A stretch of DNA of 64,000 nt from Phallusia mammillata. Taxonomy: Eukaryota. A program made the position numbers and the translations under genes. Shown here piece by piece: positions 12,417 through 23,374 of this stretch. The stretch's first letter is position 1. Each line of letters starts with the position of its first letter. The notes below the pieces were generated by a model. That model saw nothing but the letters and a program-made list of their open reading frames with translations, was not told where the DNA came from and did not search any database. The stretch is taken from NCBI GenBank assembly GCA_965637545.1, contig OZ281494.1, positions 9,920,001-9,984,000 of the forward strand. The letters run 5' to 3'.

Positions 12417-15295
12417 ATTGACGAGTCTCTGTTCGTTTACAAGAAAACTGAAAAAAATCAACATCACATTTGGTTAAAATTTCGGAAATTTTCACTTAAT
12501 ATAGCAATAATGTCAATCATTGAACGATTTGCCAGTTTCAAACAAACACCGCCCATTGTATTATTACGGGCAAACACGGTCTTTTGTGTAGAAGTACCCA
12601 TTTAATTGAAAGCGTATTCTAACATTCGTTTGACTGACAGAAAAGGATCATTCTTTATTGTCGGGTGCAGTTACTGCTCATATGATCGATACGGTTGCCT
12701 TGGTAAAAAAACTTACCTTTTTTCATACCACTGGCTTGCAATATCCTGTTCACAGTACAACTTGACAAATACGTCGCGTTTTGAACTGAGGCTAAACGTA
12801 ATTTAATTTTCGCCTACAAAACTAATAACTGCAACAAATAAAAATATAGTTATACACATAAAATCGGAACGGAAATTTATAAAGGAATGTTTAGAAACTT
12901 TGCGAAAACACCTAATGTCAATTATGTCGGATAAGCTCATCTTTGTTTGCAGTTACCCCTTGTCAATAACGCACTGAATAGTAAACTTTACGGAAGAAAA
13001 AGGGCACCGGAACGTTTATTACGTAATAAATATGCGGATGAATGACAAGATATAAAGCATTCTTGGTAAAACACCGGTTCAAACAACCGGCAAAAACTGA
13101 AGCCAAAACTTTTGCACCAAACACTTCCTCTCACAAAATACGCAAAAAGGTAAGAGAAGCTAACAATTTTACAGATTTGTGCACGTCGAAAAAAACTGAA
13201 TAACCACTTTTACAATATCCAACAAAAACGTAACCAACGTATTCATCATTAATCGCTATTCGAATCTGTTCAAATCGCTTGTTGCAAGCAGAACCGCCCA
13301 TGAAACGAGTTGACAAACTTGCACAATCGTCTGCTTCGAGTGGTGCAACGCCCATGTTGTCAACCTATTGCTGGCCTGCGGAGGAGTGTGAAAACATTTC
13401 GTTTGTCCTCCTCCAATTAATTATTGACCCCGGGAAATGCTGACTTGCCTCTTTTCGATTAGTCGCCGAAATGCAAACAACGAAATATAGGATCTCACAC
13501 TCGACCAACAAACCATGCAAATTTACCTAAAACCAACAGGTGAAAAACATTTTTCGTCGAACCCGTAATAAATAAAAAGGCTACATCTATTTTAAACGGT
13601 TTACTTTTTCAGTGCGGCAGAGACCTGGGATTTAGTTTTGATTTTTGCATCCAATTCGAACCGTACAGACTGTTTAAAAATAGTAAGGAGTAACCTTTTA
13701 TATTTCGTGGGTCTGAGAAGTCAATGCAATTGCGTCATAAACACAATCGACGACGTAAGTATTGGTCCGAGCCAACACCTGTTCCAGGCTGACCACGGCG
13801 TAGGCGACCGATAATGCATTGCCAATGTGTCTTTTCATTATCCGAAGTTACCCAACAAAACCCACATACAAAGAATGGAGGCATACATAGCGGGGCAAAG
13901 GTCTTGACAAACACGTGCTCTGGTGGAACAATAACCCAAGGGAAACAAACGAGTCGTATAAGTGCGTTACAACGCTCTACGCCCTTTTAACGCTGCGTTA
14001 CAACGGGCGCTCTTTACCACAATTTTATTTCCGCAATAAACCATTCTGTACCCTGAACTCAATGTACAACATTTAAGCTTAAAGAGATTAACATTTCAGA
14101 TTGATTTGCTGTAAATAACTTTTACAGTCTTGTTTTCCACCTAAATTTTGCCATTAGCTGTTTGCAGTTGTAAATTCACACATTTGTAACAAAGGTACCT
14201 AATGTAAAACCGTTTTGATTGGTTGTTAACCGATGGGTCCCTTACGTGCATAAAACTTTACTGTACCTGCAGTGTTGTATTGAACTATCTAGCACACGTA
14301 ATGGTGCGACGGCTTGCAATTTACAAAGCCCTACAGCTTATTTGTTTAACCGGGTAATCCTTTATTAATGTATTACGAAATCTGGTTAAAATGCATCCAC
14401 GATTAACGTGATAAGTTCTAAATAATCAAATCTTTGTTTCTAAGTACCATACATCGGTGCAGTAGATTCAAACTTTTGTAAGCGTCATTTTTTCATATGC
14501 TCGAAAAATATATCACTGGTCTTGAATTATCATACAGCTCTTTCTGTTGAGCCCTATTTGCTTTTCATAGAAATATGATTACGACCATCGATCGCATCAA
14601 CACTACCCCCATTTTGGCCTCTCTAATGCACCTCTGTAATCACGGCTGCGGAGCCGATAAAGAAATTTCAAATGAATATTTAAATAGTTAACGATCCGAT
14701 GTAGCACCAGACAAGCTACGTGTAACATGTAAAAAGACCCAGTGAAGAATTGTAACCATTAGGAAAAAGTTATTTTAGGCACAAAAAGCACGTAAAACGA
14801 TATACCTTAATTTGAATGATATGCAAAGGTAAGAATATACCCAATGGTTCCTTACAAATCAAATCTACAAGCAAGAGTGGTTTCTAGCTGATACAAAATG
14901 CCCTAAATCTTGTGTCACCAGACAAAAGACAAATGGCTGAACAAATAAAGGTAACAACCGTTTTACGAGTCAGTACAGTACATTGCGACATAACAGATGT
15001 ATATTGCGCACTAAAAGTTTTATGACCTAGGAAGAAGTAGTTTTAAACATCTTTCAGTTTTACTAATACACTGCAAAATGATAACTTCCTCTCGTATGAG
15101 TAGGCTTCACAACACAAGCAACAGCGAAAAACAACTAGCATATCACTCTTTTCCGAAAAGTTTAAAGGCAAATTCTGATAGGACAGCCATAACAAAGCAT
15201 CGCTTCCGCTTTAAAATCAGCATAAAGAATGACAACAAGATATATTCTAATCATAAACATTACTGCCAAGGTAGTGGTGTATATAGAATACATCG

Positions 15296-15335
15296 TGTAG
15301 ACGTTTCGACAATATCTGTTGTCATCATCAGTACA
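15296..15335 (-). ncRNA. Minimal type I hammerhead ribozyme motif, opposite-strand copy
   Basis: Mirror copy in the left arm: TGTA-CTGATGA-T-GACAA-cagata-TTGTC-GAAAC-GTC^TACA. It differs from the plus-strand copy only in the stem II loop. Confidence 0.75.
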
Positions 15336-15429
15336 TGTTTTCAATCAAGCTGTGGAACACGGTATATCTTTTTTTTTTTTTTTTTCCTTAGTGCTTTATA
15401 TACCGTGTTCCACAGCTTGATTGAAAACA

Positions 15430-15469
15430 TGTACTGATGATGACAACAGAGATTGTCGAAACGTCTACA
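15430..15469 (+). ncRNA. Minimal type I hammerhead ribozyme motif (Penelope-like element type)
   Basis: TGTA-CTGATGA-T-GACAA-cagaga-TTGTC-GAAAC-GTC^TACA. It has the core CUGAUGA and GAAA boxes, a 5-bp stem II, a 4-bp stem I (TGTA/TACA), palindromic ACGU in place of stem III and a GUC cleavage triplet (predicted cut after 15465). Confidence 0.75.
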
Positions 15470-16674
15470 CGATGTATTCTATATACACCACTACCTTGGC
15501 AGTAATGTTTATGATTAAACTACTTTTCAAGTCCGTGCAAAGTGTTCCTAAAGATATATTCTGTTGTTTTGATTAGCAGCGTCAAAATCGCCTTACACTA
15601 GATTTTGTTCCTTTAACTGCGGATCTTGGCAACAACGTATTAAACAATGTACAACAACGAAAGCCTTTACATTGATAAACTGTCATAAACTGACGCATTT
15701 CACAAGGTAATTACATGCCCTCATGACTTCTATTAAACGCTATCACCACAACATATTATCACTATTGAAAAATGTAAAATAACGTATTTAGTGCTGGTTG
15801 CAAAGCTGGTAGCAAACTAATTTTGCCTTACTTCGTTGTTAACAGGCAGATACTATGACAAAGGCGATTTTTTTTGTTAAAACGCGTCGCAGCGGCTTCG
15901 TGCTGCTACAATAACTGAGGATGTAAACAACAGCTGATCGGGAGGCGACACGCTCTACTGCGCACCAATTGGCGCTCGCGGTTATTTGCTTCACTGGCTG
16001 AGCCTTGTTTTCATCGGGAATCCGTACGCCAATGCCTTTCCATCGATACAGTGCAAATGCCAATGCTTTTAGCAACCAGATTTATGTAAGAGATAACACC
16101 AATGCAACATCATTTTATGGCATACTAATTATTTTTGTATGTTTCTCCAAAATTTTGGCAAATATATCCTCTAAATGTTGCTTTCAGTTTCTGGAAGTAC
16201 CCTTACATCATAATACCTAATACTTGTCTGAACTCCTTGGCAAGTTAATAACCTTTTACGCCTGCAACTAAAAACCACAATTTAGCTTGTAAAGTAGATT
16301 TTATACTGATTGACCACGGACTGGCGCTGGGCATTGTTATGAACGACGGCGTTCTGCCAAAACAAAATAAGTTCAACTGAGGTCACTGCTTTAGAACTGC
16401 TGTGTGAAACTGTGCTGCATAAAGCAGCTAATGACGAACGGAATCGAAGTATAGTTAACCGATCGGAAGCAATAACAACTCGCTGCAGCGCTGAATAGCC
16501 GCATTGACAAATTAACTTGCTGGCGGCATTGCCAATTCTGACCTACATTGCTTGCACTAGAGGTAAGGTAACCACAAAGGCCACCTGTTGCTCTTAATTG
16601 GTTCGGGGGAATTTATTTAAATCTTTGTTACTAAAATGATGTATATGCTTGGTACGATGGGTTTGCATGGTTCC

Positions 16675-16791
16675 ATTTGGTGCTGTTTAGAAATGAGTGA
16701 TTGTATTGGTCCTATTTGGTGCTGTTTAGAAACAAGTGGTTTACATCGTGCCATTGTGCTCTGTTCAGAAATAAGTGGACTAACAAATGTT
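16675..16791. repeat. Imperfect 39-bp tandem repeat (~3 copies plus a partial upstream copy)
   Basis: Units start at 16675, 16714 and 16753 (ATTTGGTGCTGTTTAGAAA..., ATTTGGTGCTGTTTAGAAA..., ATTGTGCTCTGTTCAGAAA...). Confidence 0.7.
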
Positions 16792-17405
16792 AGAGACACG
16801 GTTTGTTTGAGTACAGGTCATCTATTCGAAGTGCACAACTTTTATTAACGTTATTTTCTGGCGAAGACCAAAGATAAAACAAATGTGAAGAGAGGTTAAA
16901 TTTCGATACAATAGCTGCAGTTTACTTCTTATTAGACATTTGTTAATATTATCTAAGTTAGTTCAAAGGTAATGTAAGTCGCACATAAAATGAATTGTAA
17001 AATGGTAAATGTCCAATAAGAATCAGCAATGGCCAACGAATTTTGCAGAATTTAAATAATCCACCACTGAATGCAAAAAAATGACTTGAGAAGAAGTCCT
17101 ACAACGTAACGCAGACGTTGTTGTGAATTGCTGATGCAGAAATGTAATTTGCATGGTCCAAAGCGTTTACAATTTGAGATGTAGTATGACACTCCAAACA
17201 CTTTATGTGATTTTTACTGACTTAAACTCTTAATATTGAACATTGTATGTCATCAAATGTTGATTACAGACGCGTAGGTTTCAACGTTTGTAAAGTTAAA
17301 TAAAACCGACCGTAAGCACAAACAAAATACTTTCGAGATCTTTCTCATTTCCGGTTTGCATCATAAGTTTTATAACACGTATACAGGTTGACTCCGGTTT
17401 TAAGT

Positions 17406-20400
17406 TTAAGGAGATGAGGCAGCAGCTACAGCGGCTGGAATGCTTTCCTTGCTGCTTGCTCGCGACGAGGCCAAGCTTGATCGCCCTGAATGGCTCCCGT
17501 AGCTGTATCGCTTCCTGCCAATCTTCTCTAAAGGATAAAGCCTCAACCCCGTGTCCGTATCCACAACACTTCGCTTCATCAGTTCGCTGTAAGTGACATT
17601 TTCTTCCGTGTTTGGGTCAAAGAAGGTCTTCAAGCTGTCTTCCACGTCATCCATGGCAGCATCGGTACAAGCAGCCTTCACAATATCAGCCACCTTCTGA
17701 TCGAGCAAGCCCTGCTCTACAGCGACGTTTAGCGGCAGGCGTATGTTTGTTTTGTGGTCAATAATTCCTCCTGTGGCAAGTTGAGCTTCAAGCAAGCGTA
17801 TGCCATGTGATTCGATGACCAAGCCTCGCTCCATTGCCTGGCCCAATGAGAGAACGTCAGGTGAGACACGTGACTTGTACCCGGTGACTGCCCGTTCTGC
17901 TCGAGAAACTACGGTTTCGTAGACTTTATCAAGAAGCCCGAGTTGAAAAGCTTCGCTAACTGACATCTGCCGGCCAGTTATGGGGTCTATGATATTACCA
18001 GTGGCCGCTTGTGCTTCCAGCAAGCTTATAGCGGTGCCCCTTCGTATTATTCCATCTTTTGCCGAACTATAGATTGATTTCTTTTCCCCTGATTCGGAGA
18101 TCATTATGCCTGCAACTGGGCTTGTTCCACAAAGGAAGGGTTTCAACGCGTCCGGTACAGGCTTGTCTTCAACATCACCTAATTCCGCCATAGTTTCCTT
18201 AACCTCATCCGCTTTTGAGCTTGTTAATAAATTCAAATCTACCAAGTCTCTCAACTTCACGCTTCTTCTCCATCCACCTCGAATCAAGATGTCGTCAAAC
18301 CGCGAAAGATCGCCTGCCTCCTTGAAGGAATTCTCTTCTTTCTCCTCTCCCTCTTTCTCTCCCTCCTCCTCTCCCTGCTCCTCCGGACACGTGGAAAGAG
18401 TGGGAGGAGCTGACTCTTGAATGTCGGCGTGAGTAGGCTTAACTGAATTATTTGATGTTACAATATCGAAATCGTCAACGGCCGATGTATGCAGTGAGAA
18501 GTGAGTGGCCTTTTCCCGGTCGATCTCTACAACCGATGTTTGTTTCTTCACTGCTCCTTCTGAGTCCTCTTGATCTGGCATGAATGCATCGTCTGAACCT
18601 CCAGAAAGCTGACATTCTACAATGACAAAATGTATAGTAAGTAAAGTGTTAAAATAAAGATTTGTTTTTTTTCACAATCATACAAAGGATTTATCATTTT
18701 GCGTTGGCTATACAGCAAATTAACAACGACTTAAAACTTTTTAAGCAATACAATGTAGGCCAATATGTACATGTAAACACTAATCAGATGCAAATTATTG
18801 TATAAGAAGTGTAACACATAATTTTAGTTTCATTTTAAAACAGATTTTTCTCTTTTATTTTAAAATAATATACTTGGAGAGTCATTCTGGTTAAAAGTAA
18901 ACGCCAATAGCAGAGAGTTTAATTGCATATACTGACCAAGGTTTGGTCGAGTGATTGGTTCCGGTGTCTGATCTATGGGAGGTCCAGTTTTCTGTTCAGA
19001 TTCAGTAGTTCTCTCAAGAATACTGTTTCCATTTTCTACTCGAGAAGAATTTTCAGGGTTTTTCTACAAACCGAAATGTACCATGTTAGGTTGTATTTAC
19101 TTATTACATTAGTTTTTTTAAACTGCAATATCTTCAACGTTCCCCTTAAACAGCAGTAGTGGCCATTTAGCGAAACCTAATAAAACATACGTCATGGACG
19201 GCTCCACATGCTGTCACAAAACCTAAGAATTGCGTGAAAATGGTAAAAATTGACAAAACTAAAATACAGCAAGCCCTCGAAATCATTAATTACCAAAACC
19301 ATTGGAAATGCATTGAAACCTGAGTATTATTGAATCAACTTTTAAAATTGTGAAAAAAGTGATAGGTTTCCACTTGGTCACATTACGCGGTTAGATGTTT
19401 TTCTCATAAACATAAACAAATTTGATCGACCACATGCCAAGTCTAAATCCGTCCAGTGCTTATACACAAACAGGCTATACAGTTATCAACCAAATCTATC
19501 GAATATAGACAACCGAATAGATCGAATTAACCTGTTACAAAATACCACCACGGTCAGATACTACATTCCCAATGATCTACATAACGTTGAAAACTGATCG
19601 GCCATGATAAAACGCAATAGGGGATCTCGGTCAAATTTTAGTGACATCAATACTTTTCGGATCTTTTAATCGCAGGGAAAGATCAAAATCAACACGGATG
19701 GTTTACGAGATCTGATGGAACTTGTTTAAAGCAACCGGGCAAGGCATCTGGAGGAATTTAATCTCTCCCGCATCTATTGCCTTTCATCAGTGGTTAACTT
19801 ACAAGGAGTAGTTTTGTGCTCGACCCGTACACAACTTGTCCATTATAACCGCAGTAAAATCATAGGGTTTAACGCAGGAATTTTTAGCTAGATAAGATTT
19901 TGGAACAATGGTGGCACAGTTTATCGATTACGAAATTAGTTGATTGCCTATTTTTGGACAGCGCATCTTTCTTGGTAAATGACATAACAATAATGGTCAA
20001 AAGCAGTTTGCAAGTGACAATCATGCTTTATGTCAGCATTGGGTTCAAACAGCAAATAATTAATAACGTTGTAACAAACTTAAACCAAATTGGAGACTAC
20101 AAGCATCAGAAAGCCCAATTTCACAGTAACATTATGTAGAGAGCAGTTCCGGTTATGCAAGGTGCGGTTTTCGGCCCAACAAAGATCAAAATGTTAGTTT
20201 GGTTTTGGTTTACTGTAAAAACTCAAAGCGTGAAACATTGTATACCTGTGCTGTTTCATTTTCCCCCGCCTGAACTTCTGCTTTTAATTCTTGTATTGGT
20301 TTTTCTTCTTCAGCTTTTGTTGTTCCATCAGTCGCTGGTTCGAACGCTACGTTTGTGACACCGTTTTCTTTTCCCTTTCCACCTGCTCCGTCCTGCTCTT

Positions 20401-20865
20401 CCAAAGCGATTTCAGCTTTTTCTGGATCTTTTTCATTTTCTTTCTTTTCTGCAAAACCACAAGCTTCTTTGCTTAATATAAATCATGTTATAGTTTTTAA
20501 ATAAGAAGAACTTAAATTACTCTAAAGTTTAAACAAGAAATGTTTGAGGTATGTGTACTGCAAACATTTTCAGAAACAATCTTTAATTATCCGAGAAAGT
20601 TGGTTTTAAATAGCAGCATTATTCAAATTTATGTCTTTTGTGAAATTATTTTCAATTTTGTTAAAGAAGATCACAGTTTGGAAAAAATGGGAAATGCTTG
20701 GAGTTAAAATTATACTCACGGTAATTTAGAATACTCACTTTCTTTTCTCTTCCTCAGAAACCGGGTACAAGCTGCGCATGACGTAATCACTAACGTCACG
20801 CATGCGATGAGGGCCACAGAAACGATACCAGTGGTGAGGCTTGAATTGATGATACTTGATTCCAT
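17406..20865 (-). CDS. Single-pass membrane protein with a C-terminal plakin (plectin) repeat domain (~555 aa, 4 coding exons)
   Basis: Exons: 20865-20739, 20448-20246, 19063-18937, 18616-17406. GT-AG introns, phases 1/0/1 match, total 1668 nt, and there is an in-frame TAA upstream of the ATG. Exon 1 encodes MESSIINSSLTTGIVSVALIACVTLVITSCAACTRFLRKRKE. The last exon has unmistakable plectin repeats (LLEAQAATGNIIDP, AERAVTGYK, HGIRLLEAQLATGGIID, FFDPNTEENVTY) and a Ser/Arg tail (GSHSGRSSLASSRASS). Confidence is high for the domain and lower for joining the upstream exons to it. Confidence 0.8.
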
Positions 20866-22329
20866 TCTTTTATATTTGAGTTACTCCAATTTCTCAAAAA
20901 CTATCATTGTATGACTAAGACTAAACATCTAGGTTTGTCTGTCCAAATAAAAGATAAATAGTTAAAATCAAACATTAAATTGATTACTATAACGGCACTT
21001 ATCACAAAGAGGCTTGGATTTTAAATTCCAAATACAAAAAGGTTAAAAAAGGCTAGGAAGAGGAAATAAATTAAATCTATAGGCAGAATTTTTGACAACA
21101 GGAAAAAGATTAAATCCATAGGCAGAAATCCATAGGTTTTTTGAAACGTCTGCAAATGCTTCAGCTTTGAAAGTGTAAATTAAATCGGTTTTCGTAACAA
21201 AGAAAGGCATAAACATTCAGTTACATGCAAAAATGCATCAGAACATAAGACTGATAGTCCGTGACAAGGCACACAGTTCTGTGCTACGTAATTGGTACAT
21301 TCGCAGGCTATAAAAACTGCCAACAAATCTTTTAACTACACTTCAAAGCTATTTCACCATAACTGTCACCAATACACTTCAAAAAACGACTATAATTGAA
21401 TTACAGGTTTTTACTCCAATGTTTACCTATTTCGTCTCCATATAACACACCTCGTTATGTTTCGACAGCTGCGACCTGCAACTGCCGTTTTAGCCAGTGC
21501 CCGAAGACATTGGAGACACATAATACTGCTTCACCGGAATTTTAATAACCACCCACGATAGCTGTTTGACACGGCAGCGTATAGACCTCGACAATAGCCT
21601 CATGTCCGTGTCACGGCCAGTTTTATCTCGGCAACTGTCGGACTGGCGAAAACTTAATCCTCTTTTAGGAGTAAGTTTGAACGCATTTGGATTTCCTTAA
21701 GCGATAATGTATGCTTGATTTGCAATTAACAGTTTGTTGAAAAGATTTAAGAGGTAACTAATTAAAGATTTGATATTAGTTTTGGTACTAGTCTCAATAC
21801 GGAAGTATATGTCCGCATAATCTATTTGACCATATCATCTATATTTTATACCACCAGATTATTTTAATTATGAATGGTAATTAGGCATAGTTGCGATACG
21901 ATTTAATTAATTTATGAACTCTTCAGCTAGACAGTAACCCTACATAGTTAACGGTAATGAGTTGAAACTTTCTCTCTCTCTTGAGAGCAAAATTTAAAAA
22001 GGAGGTTTTATAAAAATATGGACACAATATTAGTCATATAGATGCTTTGCTTAAGCTTGGTGAATGGTGAAGAATAATGCACACATTTATCTTGTGATCA
22101 AACAATAAAAATGTTCCAATAACATTTACAGTTCACCTTCTATTAAAAAAAGTGAATAATTTACTGCGCGGTATGTGCAATAATGACTATAACTTTCATA
22201 AAATATTATCGAAACTAAGTTTTGTTCTGTATTGGCCATTAACTAACAAACTAACTTATTTTATGCTAAAAACCGGCTTTCAGTTTTACACCACACTAAA
22301 ATTCTTTATGCTGAAAAATAGTTTTTCTA

Positions 22330-22367
22330 TCACTAATGATGGCATGAGCATTTGCCGAAACGTTTGA
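22330..22367 (+). ncRNA. Degenerate hammerhead motif (Penelope-like relic)
   Basis: TCA-CTAATGA-T-GGCA-tgagcatt-TGCC-GAAAC-GTT^TGA. Stems I and II are intact but the core has a G5->A change (CTAATGA), so it is probably inactive. Same repeat family as the copy at 30212. Confidence 0.5.
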
Positions 22368-23064
22368 AATATAAAGCATTTTTACGTCTATTTGGGCGGT
22401 TATTTTCATCATTAGTTTTTCTTAATAACTGAACTTTCATTTTTGTTCATTCTGAATTCTACGCCTTAAAGACCTGACTTTCATTCATTCTCAACCTAGC
22501 GTTTTAAACAGTACACCGCGAAGCATAGGTTTGGCATTTTCCAGCACGAAGAACAATAAATCACACGGTCCTTAACTTGTCTTCTGATTTTGTGTACTCC
22601 CGCAAAAAACTGTTTTTCTATTTCCTTTTACGACTCGGAAACCCGCACCCAGAAACAATACGAGTTAACGAGCATTTATGTCTCAGAATTCCACGTGTTT
22701 TACCCACAACGAAGCGACAATAAACGCCTTGAATCGCGCCCCCGGCTGTACAAAACACAGCAAACAAAACGCACCGGATTGGCTGTGGTTGTGAGTTGGA
22801 CAAATGTGCACGACATTTTACGTCACAGCAATGTGTTCGGCGATTGATTGATTGATCCATTAGCGCGATTAGCTCACCCGATTTAGGCATTGCTTTCATT
22901 TTGAATTGGTCGTTTGGCTGGTTTTACAACAATGTTATACGCAGGAACGTCGAAAGAAGATAAACTAACTAGCATAGCGTATTTCAAGTTAACAGTTTTT
23001 AAATAACTGTTAAATTAATAACCAAACTTTAAATTTAATTTTTACGTTGATATATACTGTATGG

Positions 23065-23374
23065 CAGGGGTCGGCAACCTTTTTGGCGACGCGTGTCAAT
23101 TTACTTGTTATTTCCATGTGTTAATGACCTCGCGTGCCAACGTTTTTCTAGATAATTGTGGTTCGTGCCAGCAGATACCAATAATAAAGAGAATGCAGAG
23201 TGTAATGTGCGTGTAAAGCTGAATTTTAAGACAATAGCATGATAAAAAATGAAAACTAGCAGTGTAACAGGTTAAATTGTTACTTCAATATAAACACGCA
23301 AATTGGTTGGCGTGCCATGAAAAAACACCTCGCGTGCCAACCTTGGCACGCGTGCCAGGGGTTGCCGACCCCTG
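23065..23374. mobile_element. hAT-type MITE (310 bp)
   Basis: TIRs CAGGGGTCGGCAACC / GGTTGCCGACCCCTG (15/15). Perfect 8-bp TSD CTGTATGG at 23057-23064 and 23375-23382. Subterminal CGCGTGCCA repeats. Confidence 0.93.

Larger units (their letters stand above)
15248..15517. repeat. Fold-back element: 120-bp inverted repeat arms with a 30-bp T-rich spacer
   Basis: Arms 15248-15367 and 15398-15517 are reverse complements with a single mismatch (AATATCTGTT vs AACAGAGATT). The spacer 15368-15397 is mostly poly-T. Confidence 0.95.

Noticed and set aside
19784-19790. CTGATGA (minus strand here, and plus strand at ~29177) as further hammerheads
   Set aside because: No correctly spaced GAAA box, NUH triplet or stem I follows either site.
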